Of a stretch of DNA of 56,685 bases, positions 1-8,452 are shown one piece after another (within the stretch, counting starts at the first letter, position 1; every line of letters begins with the position of its first letter). The DNA is from an uncultured Lachnospiraceae bacterium (GTDB taxonomy: Bacteria > Bacillota > Clostridia > Lachnospirales > Lachnospiraceae): NCBI GenBank assembly GCA_902782995.1, contig CACZPJ010000094.1, positions 1-56,685 of the forward strand. Reading direction: 5' to 3'. Position numbers and translations under genes: made by a program. Below the pieces are notes generated by a model. It saw nothing but the letters and a program-made list of their open reading frames with translations. It searched no databases and was not told where the DNA came from.

Positions 1-19
1 AATTTTCCCGACCTCTCAC

Positions 20-53
20 ACCACCGTGCGTACCGTTCGGTACACGGCGGTTC
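20..53 (-). ncRNA. Group II intron catalytic domain V (IIC type, CGC triad)
   Basis: Minus strand GAACCGCCGTGTACCGAACGGTACGCACGGTGGT, followed by GTGAGAGG. Confidence 0.92.
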
Positions 54-60
54 AATCAAT

Positions 61-1365
61 TTAACAAGTAACACACCTTTTGGTGTAGTAATCTAACATT
101 GAGACTAATCCAAATCGAGTTAGTCTTTCTTTGTTTATTGCAAAATTCATAACTCTTCGCTGACACACATAAGCTATTCGACTACCTGTATATGCAGTAA
201 TCCAAGCTGTATCCTTATCAACTCCAAGTTTCATCAAATTCTTTATACGATTCTGCGGAGTTTTCCATTGCTTCCAGATACACATACGCAACCTATAACG
301 AATTCTTGCATCTAGTTCCTTACAGAGCGTTTTTATACTGCCTATCTTGAAGTAGTTAATCCATCCTCTTATAAGCTGGTTGAGCTTCTCCACCTTATAG
401 CTGTTGCTAACACCCCAACTTCGACAGGTGAGTTCTTTCATTCTTTTCTTGAACTTCGCTACTGATTTTACATGTGGTTTTGCCTTAAACTGATGTGCTT
501 TTAAATCAGAGTAGAAACCAAATCCAAGGTATTTAAGTCCTTGTGGTTTGTCTACTTTGCTTTTGGTCATATTGACTTTGAGCCCCAGTTTTTCTTCAAT
601 GAATCGTGAAATATTTCTCATGACTCTGTTGGCAGACATTTCACTTCTAACCATAATAATACAGTCATCCGCATATCGTACAAAATTAAGTCCTCGCTTT
701 TCCATTTCCTTATCGAGTTCATTTAGCATGATGTTTGCCAATAATGGCGAGAGGTTTCCTCCTTGTGGTGTTCCCACAATAGAATCCTCATATTCATCAT
801 CAATCATGATTCCGCTGACAAGATACTTTCTTATGATAGAAATAACATCTCCATCTTTGATTGTTCTTCCAATAATGGTCACCAGCTTGTCGTGGTTTAC
901 TGTGTCAAAGAACTTTTCCAAGTCGATGTCTACAATCCAATCGTTACCATCATTCATCATATCAAGTGCTGTTTGGATTGCTTGTTGTGCACATCTATTC
1001 GGTCTGAATCCATAACTATGCTCATGAAACTGTTCCTCGTAGATTGGTGTTAGTACCTGTGCAATGGCTTGTTGTACAAATCTGTCTGTTACTGTTGGTA
1101 CTCCTAGGTTTCTGACACCTCCATCAGGCTTTGGTATCTCCACTCTTCGTACTGGCTGAGGTTTATACTTTCTTGTCCTCAGCTGCTCCTTGATGCTTTC
1201 GTCGTTCTTTGCAAGATGTTCTCCCAGTTCTGTGTACTTCATTCCGTCCACTCCCTCTGCACCTTTGTTTCGTACGACTTGCAGATATGCTCTGTTTAGG
1301 TTATCGCTAGATAGTATCTGCTCCATAAGCGGTTGTTTTGTACCGCTTTGACTACTTGTGTCCAT
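61..1365 (-). CDS. ltrA: Group II intron reverse transcriptase/maturase (no endonuclease domain)
   Basis: RT motifs IPKPDGGVRNLGVPT, DLEKFFD, GTPQGG, RYADD; X domain RGWINYF; ATG at 1365 after GAAAGGAAAG (track start 1401). Confidence 0.96.
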   Translation of the reverse strand: MDTSSQSGTKQPLMEQILSSDNLNRAYLQVVRNKGAEGVDGMKYTELGEHLAKNDESIKEQLRTRKYKPQPVRRVEIPKPDGGVRNLGVPTVTDRFVQQAIAQVLTPIYEEQFHEHSYGFRPNRCAQQAIQTALDMMNDGNDWIVDIDLEKFFDTVNHDKLVTIIGRTIKDGDVISIIRKYLVSGIMIDDEYEDSIVGTPQGGNLSPLLANIMLNELDKEMEKRGLNFVRYADDCIIMVRSEMSANRVMRNISRFIEEKLGLKVNMTKSKVDKPQGLKYLGFGFYSDLKAHQFKAKPHVKSVAKFKKRMKELTCRSWGVSNSYKVEKLNQLIRGWINYFKIGSIKTLCKELDARIRYRLRMCIWKQWKTPQNRIKNLMKLGVDKDTAWITAYTGSRIAYVCQRRVMNFAINKERLTRFGLVSMLDYYTKRCVTC

Positions 1366-1855
1366 GCGTTCTTTCCTTTCCGCCTCGCTTGATTTGACCA
1401 CCCTTTACCCGATTGGTTACGGCAGATGTTGTCATTTCTGCAATACGAGACCTACTCAAACTTATTGATTGTTCGCCCCTTTGCTCCATATCCATTACAG
1501 AGACTTCCTCACTACTATGGGCTCGGCTGACTTCTCACAGTTCGTTGTTACTAGGCTAATGAAACCTCTGCGAGACCTCCACGCTTAAGATGCGCGCTCT
1601 TTCTCTCCATCTGCTCGCCACATTTACTCTGTTCCTACAAACGGTAACTTTACGGCTTCATCTTTTGTAGCAGACTTACCAAGCGGAACCTAGCCTTATA
1701 TGTGATTTCTGTTCGTCGAGCCAGAGATTTGCCTACAGCTTCCTTCAGATCCCATCTCACGATGGACACCCTTGCTGTTCAGCTATATACTTCCTTGTTA
1801 CCTAGGCGTATTCGGGACTTTCACCCGTTAGAGCACGCCCATGGCGCGCAAACTA

Positions 1856-1895
1856 CAAAAAACTCCATTCCGTATTCACTACAAGAATGGAGTTT
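1856..1895 (-). terminator. Rho-independent terminator, the intron target site
   Basis: AAACTCCATTC (1860-1870)/GAATGGAGTTT (1885-1895) stem, then a T-tract on the minus strand immediately before the intron 5' end. Confidence 0.85.
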
Positions 1896-1944
1896 CCCGC
1901 TTTTTGGAAAGCTGCACATATACATTCATATATAATCTAATTTT

Positions 1945-2064
1945 TCATAACCTTCCCGTGGTCGAATGCCTTGCGCAGCTACCTCGTAAAGACCTCCCAA
2001 TCGTCTTCACGATTTTCATTATACCAGATATGTTTTTCTTTTTCATCCAATAATAATCAACCAT
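1945..2064 (-). CDS. Possible small basic peptide (39 aa) overlapping the kinase stop
   Basis: ATG overlaps the kinase 3' end; MVDYYWMKKKNISGIMKIVKTIGRSLRGSCARHSTTGRL; lies upstream of the terminator; no clear RBS. Confidence 0.25.
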   Translation of the reverse strand: MVDYYWMKKKNISGIMKIVKTIGRSLRGSCARHSTTGRL

Positions 2065-3442
2065 TTTCGACATTTTCGATTTTTGTCCAGAATCCATTCT
2101 CGCAGATCTTCTTTGGCAAGACACGGACAGTATATAGTTCACGTCGGCACTTGCCATCAAAAACAAGATGGATTCCCTTTGTATAAGCACTAGACAAAGC
2201 ATCCTTTTCTTCGATCACCAGCGATCCATCATACATGTTTAACAGATCCACCAGATCTGCCAGTCCATTTCCTGTACCACCGGTAGTTACTCCGCGCTCA
2301 CCAAACTTCTCTAGCACCAGCTCCGGTATCATCTGCCCATTATCATATACAACAATTTCCATATCGGCTTCCTTCTTACCGATAATAACCAGTATCTTTC
2401 CATCTGTTTTGTTTACTCTCTCAATGGCGCGGATCGCATTTCGTATCATATCGCCCATAACGTTATGCACCTGAAGCTGTGCAATCTTTAATTCACGCAT
2501 ATCGTCCTCAATCGGTTCGGACACGAACACATCCATCACGATATTTTTTCTGGCACACTCCATGATATAATGCTGTAAATGTGAATCCAACAGCGTTATC
2601 CCAGTCGTTCCCATTAACTTATAATTCATATTTTCTCTCTTCCCCACAATCATCTGTTCCGCGTAAATCCGCTGAAATTCTTCCACAATCTGCGGATCTA
2701 ACAGTCCCTGATTTTCGTTGACCACTGACAATAAAAGTGGCATCAACTCCTTCGATCTATGTAAGTCGGCATTCATTCTGCTGCTATCCTGCTCTGCTTT
2801 CAGCTTACCCTTTGAAAGGCGGTAGTGGTCGATGAGCCAGAGGATGCCGAAGATCATAGCAAAAATTATAATTATCCCGATTAATATACCTATATCCTTA
2901 TGATTTTTATCATATGACTGCAATCCCAAATCTTTTAAGACAATCATTCCAATTCCTAACACATTACATATGATACAAATTCCCCTATTTTCAAATACAT
3001 GGTATATCTTCCATTTCTGACTATAAATCAAAATCAAAAAACCAACCAATATTTGAATCAAAACCAATAACTCGTTTCTTTGTTCTACCGTTATTGATGA
3101 TTGAAAAAGTGTATAAAGAAGTCCACTTGGAATTGCTAACGCAATAATAACAATCATATAAAGCGTGACTGTACACAACGCCCTAGAAAATAACATCAAT
3201 AATTTTTTCTTCTGTTTTCTAAAACATATACAATAATATATAAATATCCAAAATAAACATATTACAGTATGTATAAATTCTCTAACTGTGAAAAACTGGA
3301 TAACATATACACAAAGACCAAATAGTACTGAACATATTGACTTTTCTATAACGTTATCTTTATAGGATAAACTAAATATACAGTTTGCAATCGAAATATA
3401 TAAAATTACCTCAGCTATAATATAAAAAATTTGATATATCAT
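2057..3442 (-). CDS. Multi-TM GHKL sensor histidine kinase (AgrC-like)
   Basis: About 6-7 hydrophobic segments; putative H-box DLHRSKE; N-box DMIRNAI; G1 VYDNG; G2 GTGNGL; start MIYQIF after AAGGGTGA. Confidence 0.85.
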   Translation of the reverse strand: MIYQIFYIIAEVILYISIANCIFSLSYKDNVIEKSICSVLFGLCVYVIQFFTVREFIHTVICLFWIFIYYCICFRKQKKKLLMLFSRALCTVTLYMIVIIALAIPSGLLYTLFQSSITVEQRNELLVLIQILVGFLILIYSQKWKIYHVFENRGICIICNVLGIGMIVLKDLGLQSYDKNHKDIGILIGIIIIFAMIFGILWLIDHYRLSKGKLKAEQDSSRMNADLHRSKELMPLLLSVVNENQGLLDPQIVEEFQRIYAEQMIVGKRENMNYKLMGTTGITLLDSHLQHYIMECARKNIVMDVFVSEPIEDDMRELKIAQLQVHNVMGDMIRNAIRAIERVNKTDGKILVIIGKKEADMEIVVYDNGQMIPELVLEKFGERGVTTGGTGNGLADLVDLLNMYDGSLVIEEKDALSSAYTKGIHLVFDGKCRRELYTVRVLPKKICENGFWTKIENVENG

Positions 3443-3468
3443 GTCATCACCCTTTTTTATTTTATAGC

Positions 3469-3503
3469 AAAAAATTATGCATGGCAACTTTGCCATGCAT
3501 AAT
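3469..3503 (-). terminator. Terminator/attenuator hairpin between the peptide gene and the kinase
   Basis: Perfect 14-bp inverted repeat ATTATGCATGGCAA/TTGCCATGCATAAT (3474-3503) followed by a T-tract on the minus strand. Confidence 0.8.
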
Positions 3504-3506
3504 CCC

Positions 3507-3557
3507 TTATTTGTATCCTCTTAACCACTGCCAAAACGTATCCCAAAATGCATCCAT
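3507..3557 (-). CDS. Unannotated 16-aa Trp/Phe-rich peptide MDAFWDTFWQWLRGYK
   Basis: Strong RBS GAGGAGG about 9 nt upstream of ATG; TAA stop; hairpin immediately downstream; below the ORF-track length cutoff. Confidence 0.72.
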   Translation of the reverse strand: MDAFWDTFWQWLRGYK

Positions 3558-3637
3558 TCTCCGTCGCCTCCTCATCTATTGATGAGGCAAATTTAGCAAG
3601 GATCCGATATTTTTCCTGTCACGACAGATCCGTTGTT

Positions 3638-3680
3638 TTTCCGATTCTTTCCGATTTTGTCGAATGATTTTTACCGATTG
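3638..3680. promoter_or_regulatory. Tandem TTTCCGATT repeats plus a 0A-box (TGTCGAA) upstream of the peptide gene
   Basis: TTTCCGATT at 3638 and 3648 (10-bp period); TGTCGAA at 3658-3664; a further CCGATT at 3674. Confidence 0.45.
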
Positions 3681-3784
3681 TCCCAAGTTTCCTATATTCT
3701 TGCAAAAAAGAATGGTCGATTTTTTCTGAACGCTCTTTCGAACGAAAATTGATTCCAAACCACAAAATAAAGTGTGCGCTTAGC

Positions 3785-3830
3785 TTTTTGCTGTATAGGA
3801 ATTCCAACGGAATTTCCTATACAGCAAAAA
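3785..3830. terminator. Long inverted repeat/terminator downstream of the AAA-TOPRIM pair
   Basis: TTTTTGCTGTATAGGAATTCC-AAC-GGAATTTCCTATACAGCAAAAA; a second hairpin ATGGATAC/GTATCCAT at 3841-3860. Confidence 0.7.
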
Positions 3831-3924
3831 AAGCAGATAAATGGATACGCCTGTATCCATTCATCCGCTTCTTCTTTACAACTAACCGTTACATATATGT
3901 TACTGCAAGTTTTTCTCTTAGAAT

Positions 3925-4281
3925 CTATATTTTAATAAGATCTGTATCATTGTGTATAATAGAAAAACTGTCTCCCGGCTGTAACGCCCAGAATTTTGAA
4001 ATGTCAAATCCCTTCTCTTCCAGCTTTTTTGCCAGATTATGTACCCTGATCAGATCTGTCTTATATTCCTTATTAGACTTACTGCCAAGTAAGTCCTTAA
4101 TCTGCCTGATTCCATTGCAGCTACGTAATAATTCATCCTCCAGATTTTTTACCTGTGTGATACAGATCACGTCTGATACGCGATTACAGGACTTTAAAAA
4201 GTCTATATTGGTTTTTAACTCATCTATAAGTCTTTTCTCATCCTGTCCTTCTACATAATATTGTACATACTTATCTTTCAT
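3925..4281 (-). CDS. TOPRIM/RloB-like partner of the AAA ATPase, probably internally deleted
   Basis: N-terminal YVEGQDE (TOPRIM EG motif) and NLEDEL; no DxD motif; directly downstream of the ATPase. Confidence 0.55.
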   Translation of the reverse strand: MKDKYVQYYVEGQDEKRLIDELKTNIDFLKSCNRVSDVICITQVKNLEDELLRSCNGIRQIKDLLGSKSNKEYKTDLIRVHNLAKKLEEKGFDISKFWALQPGDSFSIIHNDTDLIKI

Positions 4282-4317
4282 CCTCTGTTCTCCCCCGCCA
4301 GATATATTCTGACAATT

Positions 4318-5436
4318 TTAAATCAATTCCTCCATTTCATAGATCAGATCCAGTGCCGGTGCAGTGGAAAACAGATCATTTTCAACTGCATGCTTGATCG
4401 AATCTGTACTTCTTTGCAGTAATGCTGATGCACTGATACAATTAATTGGCGTCTCGGTATCACTGGCATTCTTTTTAAAAAACGTAAATGTATGCTTGGG
4501 CAATGGCAGATCCAGAATCTCCGTATTGTGTGTTGTAAAAAAGAACTGGTCATCTGTTTTTATTGCATTGATCAATAGGGAAAGAACTGCTTTTTCCAAA
4601 TCACTATGTATGTAAGAAAACTTCTCATCACAATAGAAAAAGGTATTCTTACACTCTATCATCGTGTCAATAAAACATGCAACAGCGATTCCTGCCTTCG
4701 TTCCACTTGATAAAAGTTCTGTCGAAAGCTTCTCTCCGCTCTGAATAATCGCTGACCGATCCGGCATCCGGATCACGTATGCCTCATCGGAATCCTTGGA
4801 CTTTGTTACACTTAGGATGGATGGATCTAATGCCTTTAACATATGCTCTAAAATATAATTAAACGTTTTACTGTTCTTTGGCAGATCGAGAACTGTATCC
4901 GAAGAATCTGCCGGATATTCAAAGTACCAGTGCAATCCCTGTATCTTTTCCAGTTCACTGATATAGTTATAAGCTTCGGGACGCCTGATCTCATCTAACC
5001 GTTTTGCACACGTTTCATAATTGTCCTTTTGTGTAAGATTCACAGACTTCACGTACGCATCAATATAGTGCTCTTCCGCTTCATCAACCGGATGAGGTGC
5101 AAAACTGCACTCCAGACGATACATTTTCTTAGGATCTACAATAAAATCAATCGCAAAAGAAGCCTCTCTTTTGGTATCTGCAATCGCCTCAAGCAAACCG
5201 CTTGTTGTCCTGCGTTTTGCGAAATTAAAAATATTCATCAACATCTTTCCAAATGAAGTCTTTCCGGTCGCATTTGCTCCCATCAGAATATTGACCTTTT
5301 TATAACGGAAGTTCGGGAATTCTTCCAGATATTCATTCGGTATATAGGAATTTACTATTTTCTTGGGATATGACATATTGATATGAAAATTCTTAAATGC
5401 ATAAAAATTGTCGATCTTCACATCCATTACAATCAT
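4318..5436 (-). CDS. ABC-like AAA ATPase (AAA_21, RloA/AbiEii-type)
   Basis: Walker A GANATGKT, signature LSSGT, Walker B FYCDE, H-loop FTTHN; start MIVMDV after GGAGGA. Confidence 0.88.
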   Translation of the reverse strand: MIVMDVKIDNFYAFKNFHINMSYPKKIVNSYIPNEYLEEFPNFRYKKVNILMGANATGKTSFGKMLMNIFNFAKRRTTSGLLEAIADTKREASFAIDFIVDPKKMYRLECSFAPHPVDEAEEHYIDAYVKSVNLTQKDNYETCAKRLDEIRRPEAYNYISELEKIQGLHWYFEYPADSSDTVLDLPKNSKTFNYILEHMLKALDPSILSVTKSKDSDEAYVIRMPDRSAIIQSGEKLSTELLSSGTKAGIAVACFIDTMIECKNTFFYCDEKFSYIHSDLEKAVLSLLINAIKTDDQFFFTTHNTEILDLPLPKHTFTFFKKNASDTETPINCISASALLQRSTDSIKHAVENDLFSTAPALDLIYEMEELI

Positions 5437-5588
5437 GGTTCCTGTCCTCCTTCGTATTAGTTCGGATTTCACGAAGTAATCCTCCTTTCCATATCATACC
5501 TCTTGTACACAAAAAAAGCAATCTAATATATTTATATGTTACTTTCCCAAAAAAAGAACTATCATGGAATCCCATGATAGTCCTTCTC

Positions 5589-6383
5589 CTACTCTTTCAG
5601 CTTCGCTGCCATATTCTTGATAAACTCTGCATTGGTTGGACGTCCGGTGTTCGGGTCCCAGTAAAATGGATAGTAGGTTTTTAATAAGGCAAGCTCCGAA
5701 TTCTGCCAGACACGCTCGATTGCATTACGGATACACTTTTCAACACTGCCGATGGATGACTGGTGCTTTCTGGATATTTTCGGATAGATGTCGTTTGTGA
5801 CCTGTACGTTTTCCGGCACCTTTGCATCTAAAAGCATGCAGATTGCTTCTGATATAAAAATTGTCCCTTTTTTCTTCGGACGGAAACCCAGCTTTTCGAT
5901 CTCATGTTCGACATATGTCTGCCGGTATTCTTTTTCCCGTTCCACATTGTATTCGGCAGCCAGCCTCTGCTGTCTGTTGGAAAGCTTCCGCTTATAATAG
6001 GGCAGTGTCATCTCAATGATCTCTAAGACATTGACCGGTGAATAGGCACCGTTCTGCTTCTGATAGATGAAGTCCGAGCCTTTTTCCCTGACACAGCTTA
6101 ACACGGCTTCCGAACTGGTATTGGTTACGGTGATGATCTCCGGAAGCACCTTCAATGCACGCCGCATATCATCTAACAGATGGATGCCATCGCCTTCTTC
6201 CAATTCCAGATCTAAAAGTATCACGTCAATCTTTTCAGATTTTAGTATCTGCATTGCCTCCGTCTGGCTTCCTGTCTTCGCCACCAGCATAAACTTTGCA
6301 TGATTGTGGATTGCGATTTCAAACGCACTGCACACTGTTTCATCATCTTCCACCATTAATACCTTTATCATACGACGCTTCAA
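5589..6383 (-). CDS. Spo0A-like response regulator (receiver + Spo0A_C domain), paralog
   Basis: VEDD and ILLD receiver motifs; C-terminal IYPKI...VEKCIRNAIERVW...RPTNAEFI resembles Spo0A LYPDI...VERAIRHAIEVAW...KPTNSEFI. Confidence 0.88.
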   Translation of the reverse strand: MKRRMIKVLMVEDDETVCSAFEIAIHNHAKFMLVAKTGSQTEAMQILKSEKIDVILLDLELEEGDGIHLLDDMRRALKVLPEIITVTNTSSEAVLSCVREKGSDFIYQKQNGAYSPVNVLEIIEMTLPYYKRKLSNRQQRLAAEYNVEREKEYRQTYVEHEIEKLGFRPKKKGTIFISEAICMLLDAKVPENVQVTNDIYPKISRKHQSSIGSVEKCIRNAIERVWQNSELALLKTYYPFYWDPNTGRPTNAEFIKNMAAKLKE

Positions 6384-6502
6384 CTCCTAAAAAATTATGG
6401 TAAAATCTACCAAATGTAAATCTTACCATAACTATACCTTGTCAAATATTCTTTTTCAACACATTTTTTCGTATTTGAAGCACCTATTTTAGGAAGTTCT
6501 TC

Positions 6503-8263
6503 CTAATCATCCAGCAGGTTCTTTACATCTTCTGCGATCTGTCCGGCAGTCAGATGATTCTCCTCCATCAGCTTCGCCGCGTCATATCTGTCGTAAAATT
6601 CCTTCTTCAGTCCAAAGTTTTGTACCTTCATATCAGAAGCACCGTAGTATGCTGCAACGCGCTGGCCAAAGCCACCCTCTAAGATACCGTCCTCAAGTGT
6701 TACCACAACCGAATGATCCTTCTTTAAGTCCTCTAACAGCTCTAAGTCAAGACCGGATGCATAACGCGGATTAATCAGTGTGACCTGTCTGCCGGTCTGT
6801 TTTTCAATCTCACTGACTGCCTCTTCTCCAAGCTGGAAGAAGTCTCCCAGTGCCAGAACGGCAACGGTATCACCTTTTTTACATACCTGATACTTATTGA
6901 TCTGACTGTAATCAGATGCAACCGGATACTTTGCAGCATGTACTCCATTTCCCGGAATACTGATCACAACCGGATGCTCCTGCTGTTCGATACTCCAGTC
7001 AAGCATTGCAAGATATTCTTCCTTACAGGTCGGTGCAAGATAGACCAGCTCTGGAATATTACCAAGCATTGCGATCGTGTAAATACCAAGATGGGTCACA
7101 TCATTTAAGCCAAGCACGGATGTATAATTCATAATCATGGTAACCGGACTCTTATTGATACAGACATCCTGTGAGATCTGGTCATAAGTTCTCTGGATAA
7201 AGGTCGCATTTGTTCCAAAAATCGGCTTGCCACCATTTTTTGCAATACCGGAACACATGGCAACTGCCTGCTCCTCTGCGATTCCGACATCAATATACTG
7301 ATCTCCGGCTTTTTCCCTGTTTGCCTTCGGGAAGCCGACATTTGACGGAACAGCGGCTGTTACAAATACAACTGACGGATCTTTTTTCATTTTGCTTAAG
7401 ATCAGATCTTCGGTTAAGGTGCTGTAATCTTCGCCTGCAAAGGTAACGGTCGGCTGTCCTGTCGTGCGGTCAAACGGCATACACCAGTGCCATGCCTCCC
7501 GGTTCTCTTCTGCCGGTGCGTAGCCTTTTCCCTTCTGTGTATGGATATGCACTGCGATCGGGTGATCAATATCCTTTACTTTTTCAAATAATGCGATCAG
7601 TTTCTCGATATTATTGCCATCTTCCTCATAGATATAATCCAATCCCATAGCACGGAACAGATTGTTTTCTGCCTTACCGTTTGTATTACGGAGTTCGGTC
7701 AGATTCTTGTAGAGTCCTCCATGTACCTCTGCGATCGACTGCTCATTATCGTTGATCACAATGATCAGATTCGACTTCATCTCACCGGCATAATCCAATC
7801 CTTCTAATGCCTCGCCACCACTTAAGGAGCCATCACCGATCACTGCGATGATATTCTCTGTTCCACCGGTTACATCACGTCCCTTTGCAAGTCCGGTTGC
7901 AAGGCTGACGGATGTAGAGGTATGACCAACGGTGAAAAAGTCATGGTCACTTTCGGATGGTTCTGAATATCCGGAAATCTCATGGAATCTGTTTTCATCC
8001 AGACAGCCATATGCTCTTCCGGTGAGCATCTTATGCGGATAGGTCTGATGGGAAACGTCAAATACAAACTTATCGACCGGTGAGTTGAATACATAGTGCA
8101 TAGCGATCGTCATCTCAACCACACCAAAGTTCGGTCCAAAATGTCCTCCGGTATGTGTCAGTCTGTGGAACAATGCTTCCCGCATCTCTCCTGCTAAAGC
8201 ATGAAGCTCTTCCATGGATAATTTCTTAACATCTTCCGATCCGTTTATTTTCTCTAAATACAT
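6503..8263 (-). CDS. dxs: 1-deoxy-D-xylulose-5-phosphate synthase (short form)
   Basis: GGHFGPNFG, DVSHQTYPHK, GHTSTS, ThDP-binding GDGS...NDN, DVGIAEEQA. Confidence 0.92.
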   Translation of the reverse strand: MYLEKINGSEDVKKLSMEELHALAGEMREALFHRLTHTGGHFGPNFGVVEMTIAMHYVFNSPVDKFVFDVSHQTYPHKMLTGRAYGCLDENRFHEISGYSEPSESDHDFFTVGHTSTSVSLATGLAKGRDVTGGTENIIAVIGDGSLSGGEALEGLDYAGEMKSNLIIVINDNEQSIAEVHGGLYKNLTELRNTNGKAENNLFRAMGLDYIYEEDGNNIEKLIALFEKVKDIDHPIAVHIHTQKGKGYAPAEENREAWHWCMPFDRTTGQPTVTFAGEDYSTLTEDLILSKMKKDPSVVFVTAAVPSNVGFPKANREKAGDQYIDVGIAEEQAVAMCSGIAKNGGKPIFGTNATFIQRTYDQISQDVCINKSPVTMIMNYTSVLGLNDVTHLGIYTIAMLGNIPELVYLAPTCKEEYLAMLDWSIEQQEHPVVISIPGNGVHAAKYPVASDYSQINKYQVCKKGDTVAVLALGDFFQLGEEAVSEIEKQTGRQVTLINPRYASGLDLELLEDLKKDHSVVVTLEDGILEGGFGQRVAAYYGASDMKVQNFGLKKEFYDRYDAAKLMEENHLTAGQIAEDVKNLLDD

Positions 8264-8452
8264 AATAATCCTCATTTCTGCGCACGTTTTTGCCTGCGCT
8301 TATCTTTTACGCATATAGCTTAACACCGAAACCTGACTTTCAGTCGATTGAAGAATTTTTGCAATAACAGCCATTCCTGCTCCATCCTATATCCGGTAGC
8401 GGATTCGCACTTTCTTCATATATATAATATGGAAAAAAGAAATGGCAGTTCT

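Larger units (their letters stand above)
1..1853 (-). mobile_element. Group IIC intron (3' end/domain VI runs off the window)
   Basis: Minus strand begins GTTTGCGCGCCATGGG at 1853 (aligns with the IIC 5' end GTGTGCCCGGCATGGG); internal RT ORF; domain V just after the RT stop; inserted a few nt downstream of a terminator hairpin, the IIC hallmark. Confidence 0.92.

Noticed and set aside
61-1401. RT as a retron, DGR or defence RT
   Set aside because: Maturase X domain, adjacent domain V and IIC 5' end identify an ordinary group II intron; no TR/VR pair or msr-msd seen
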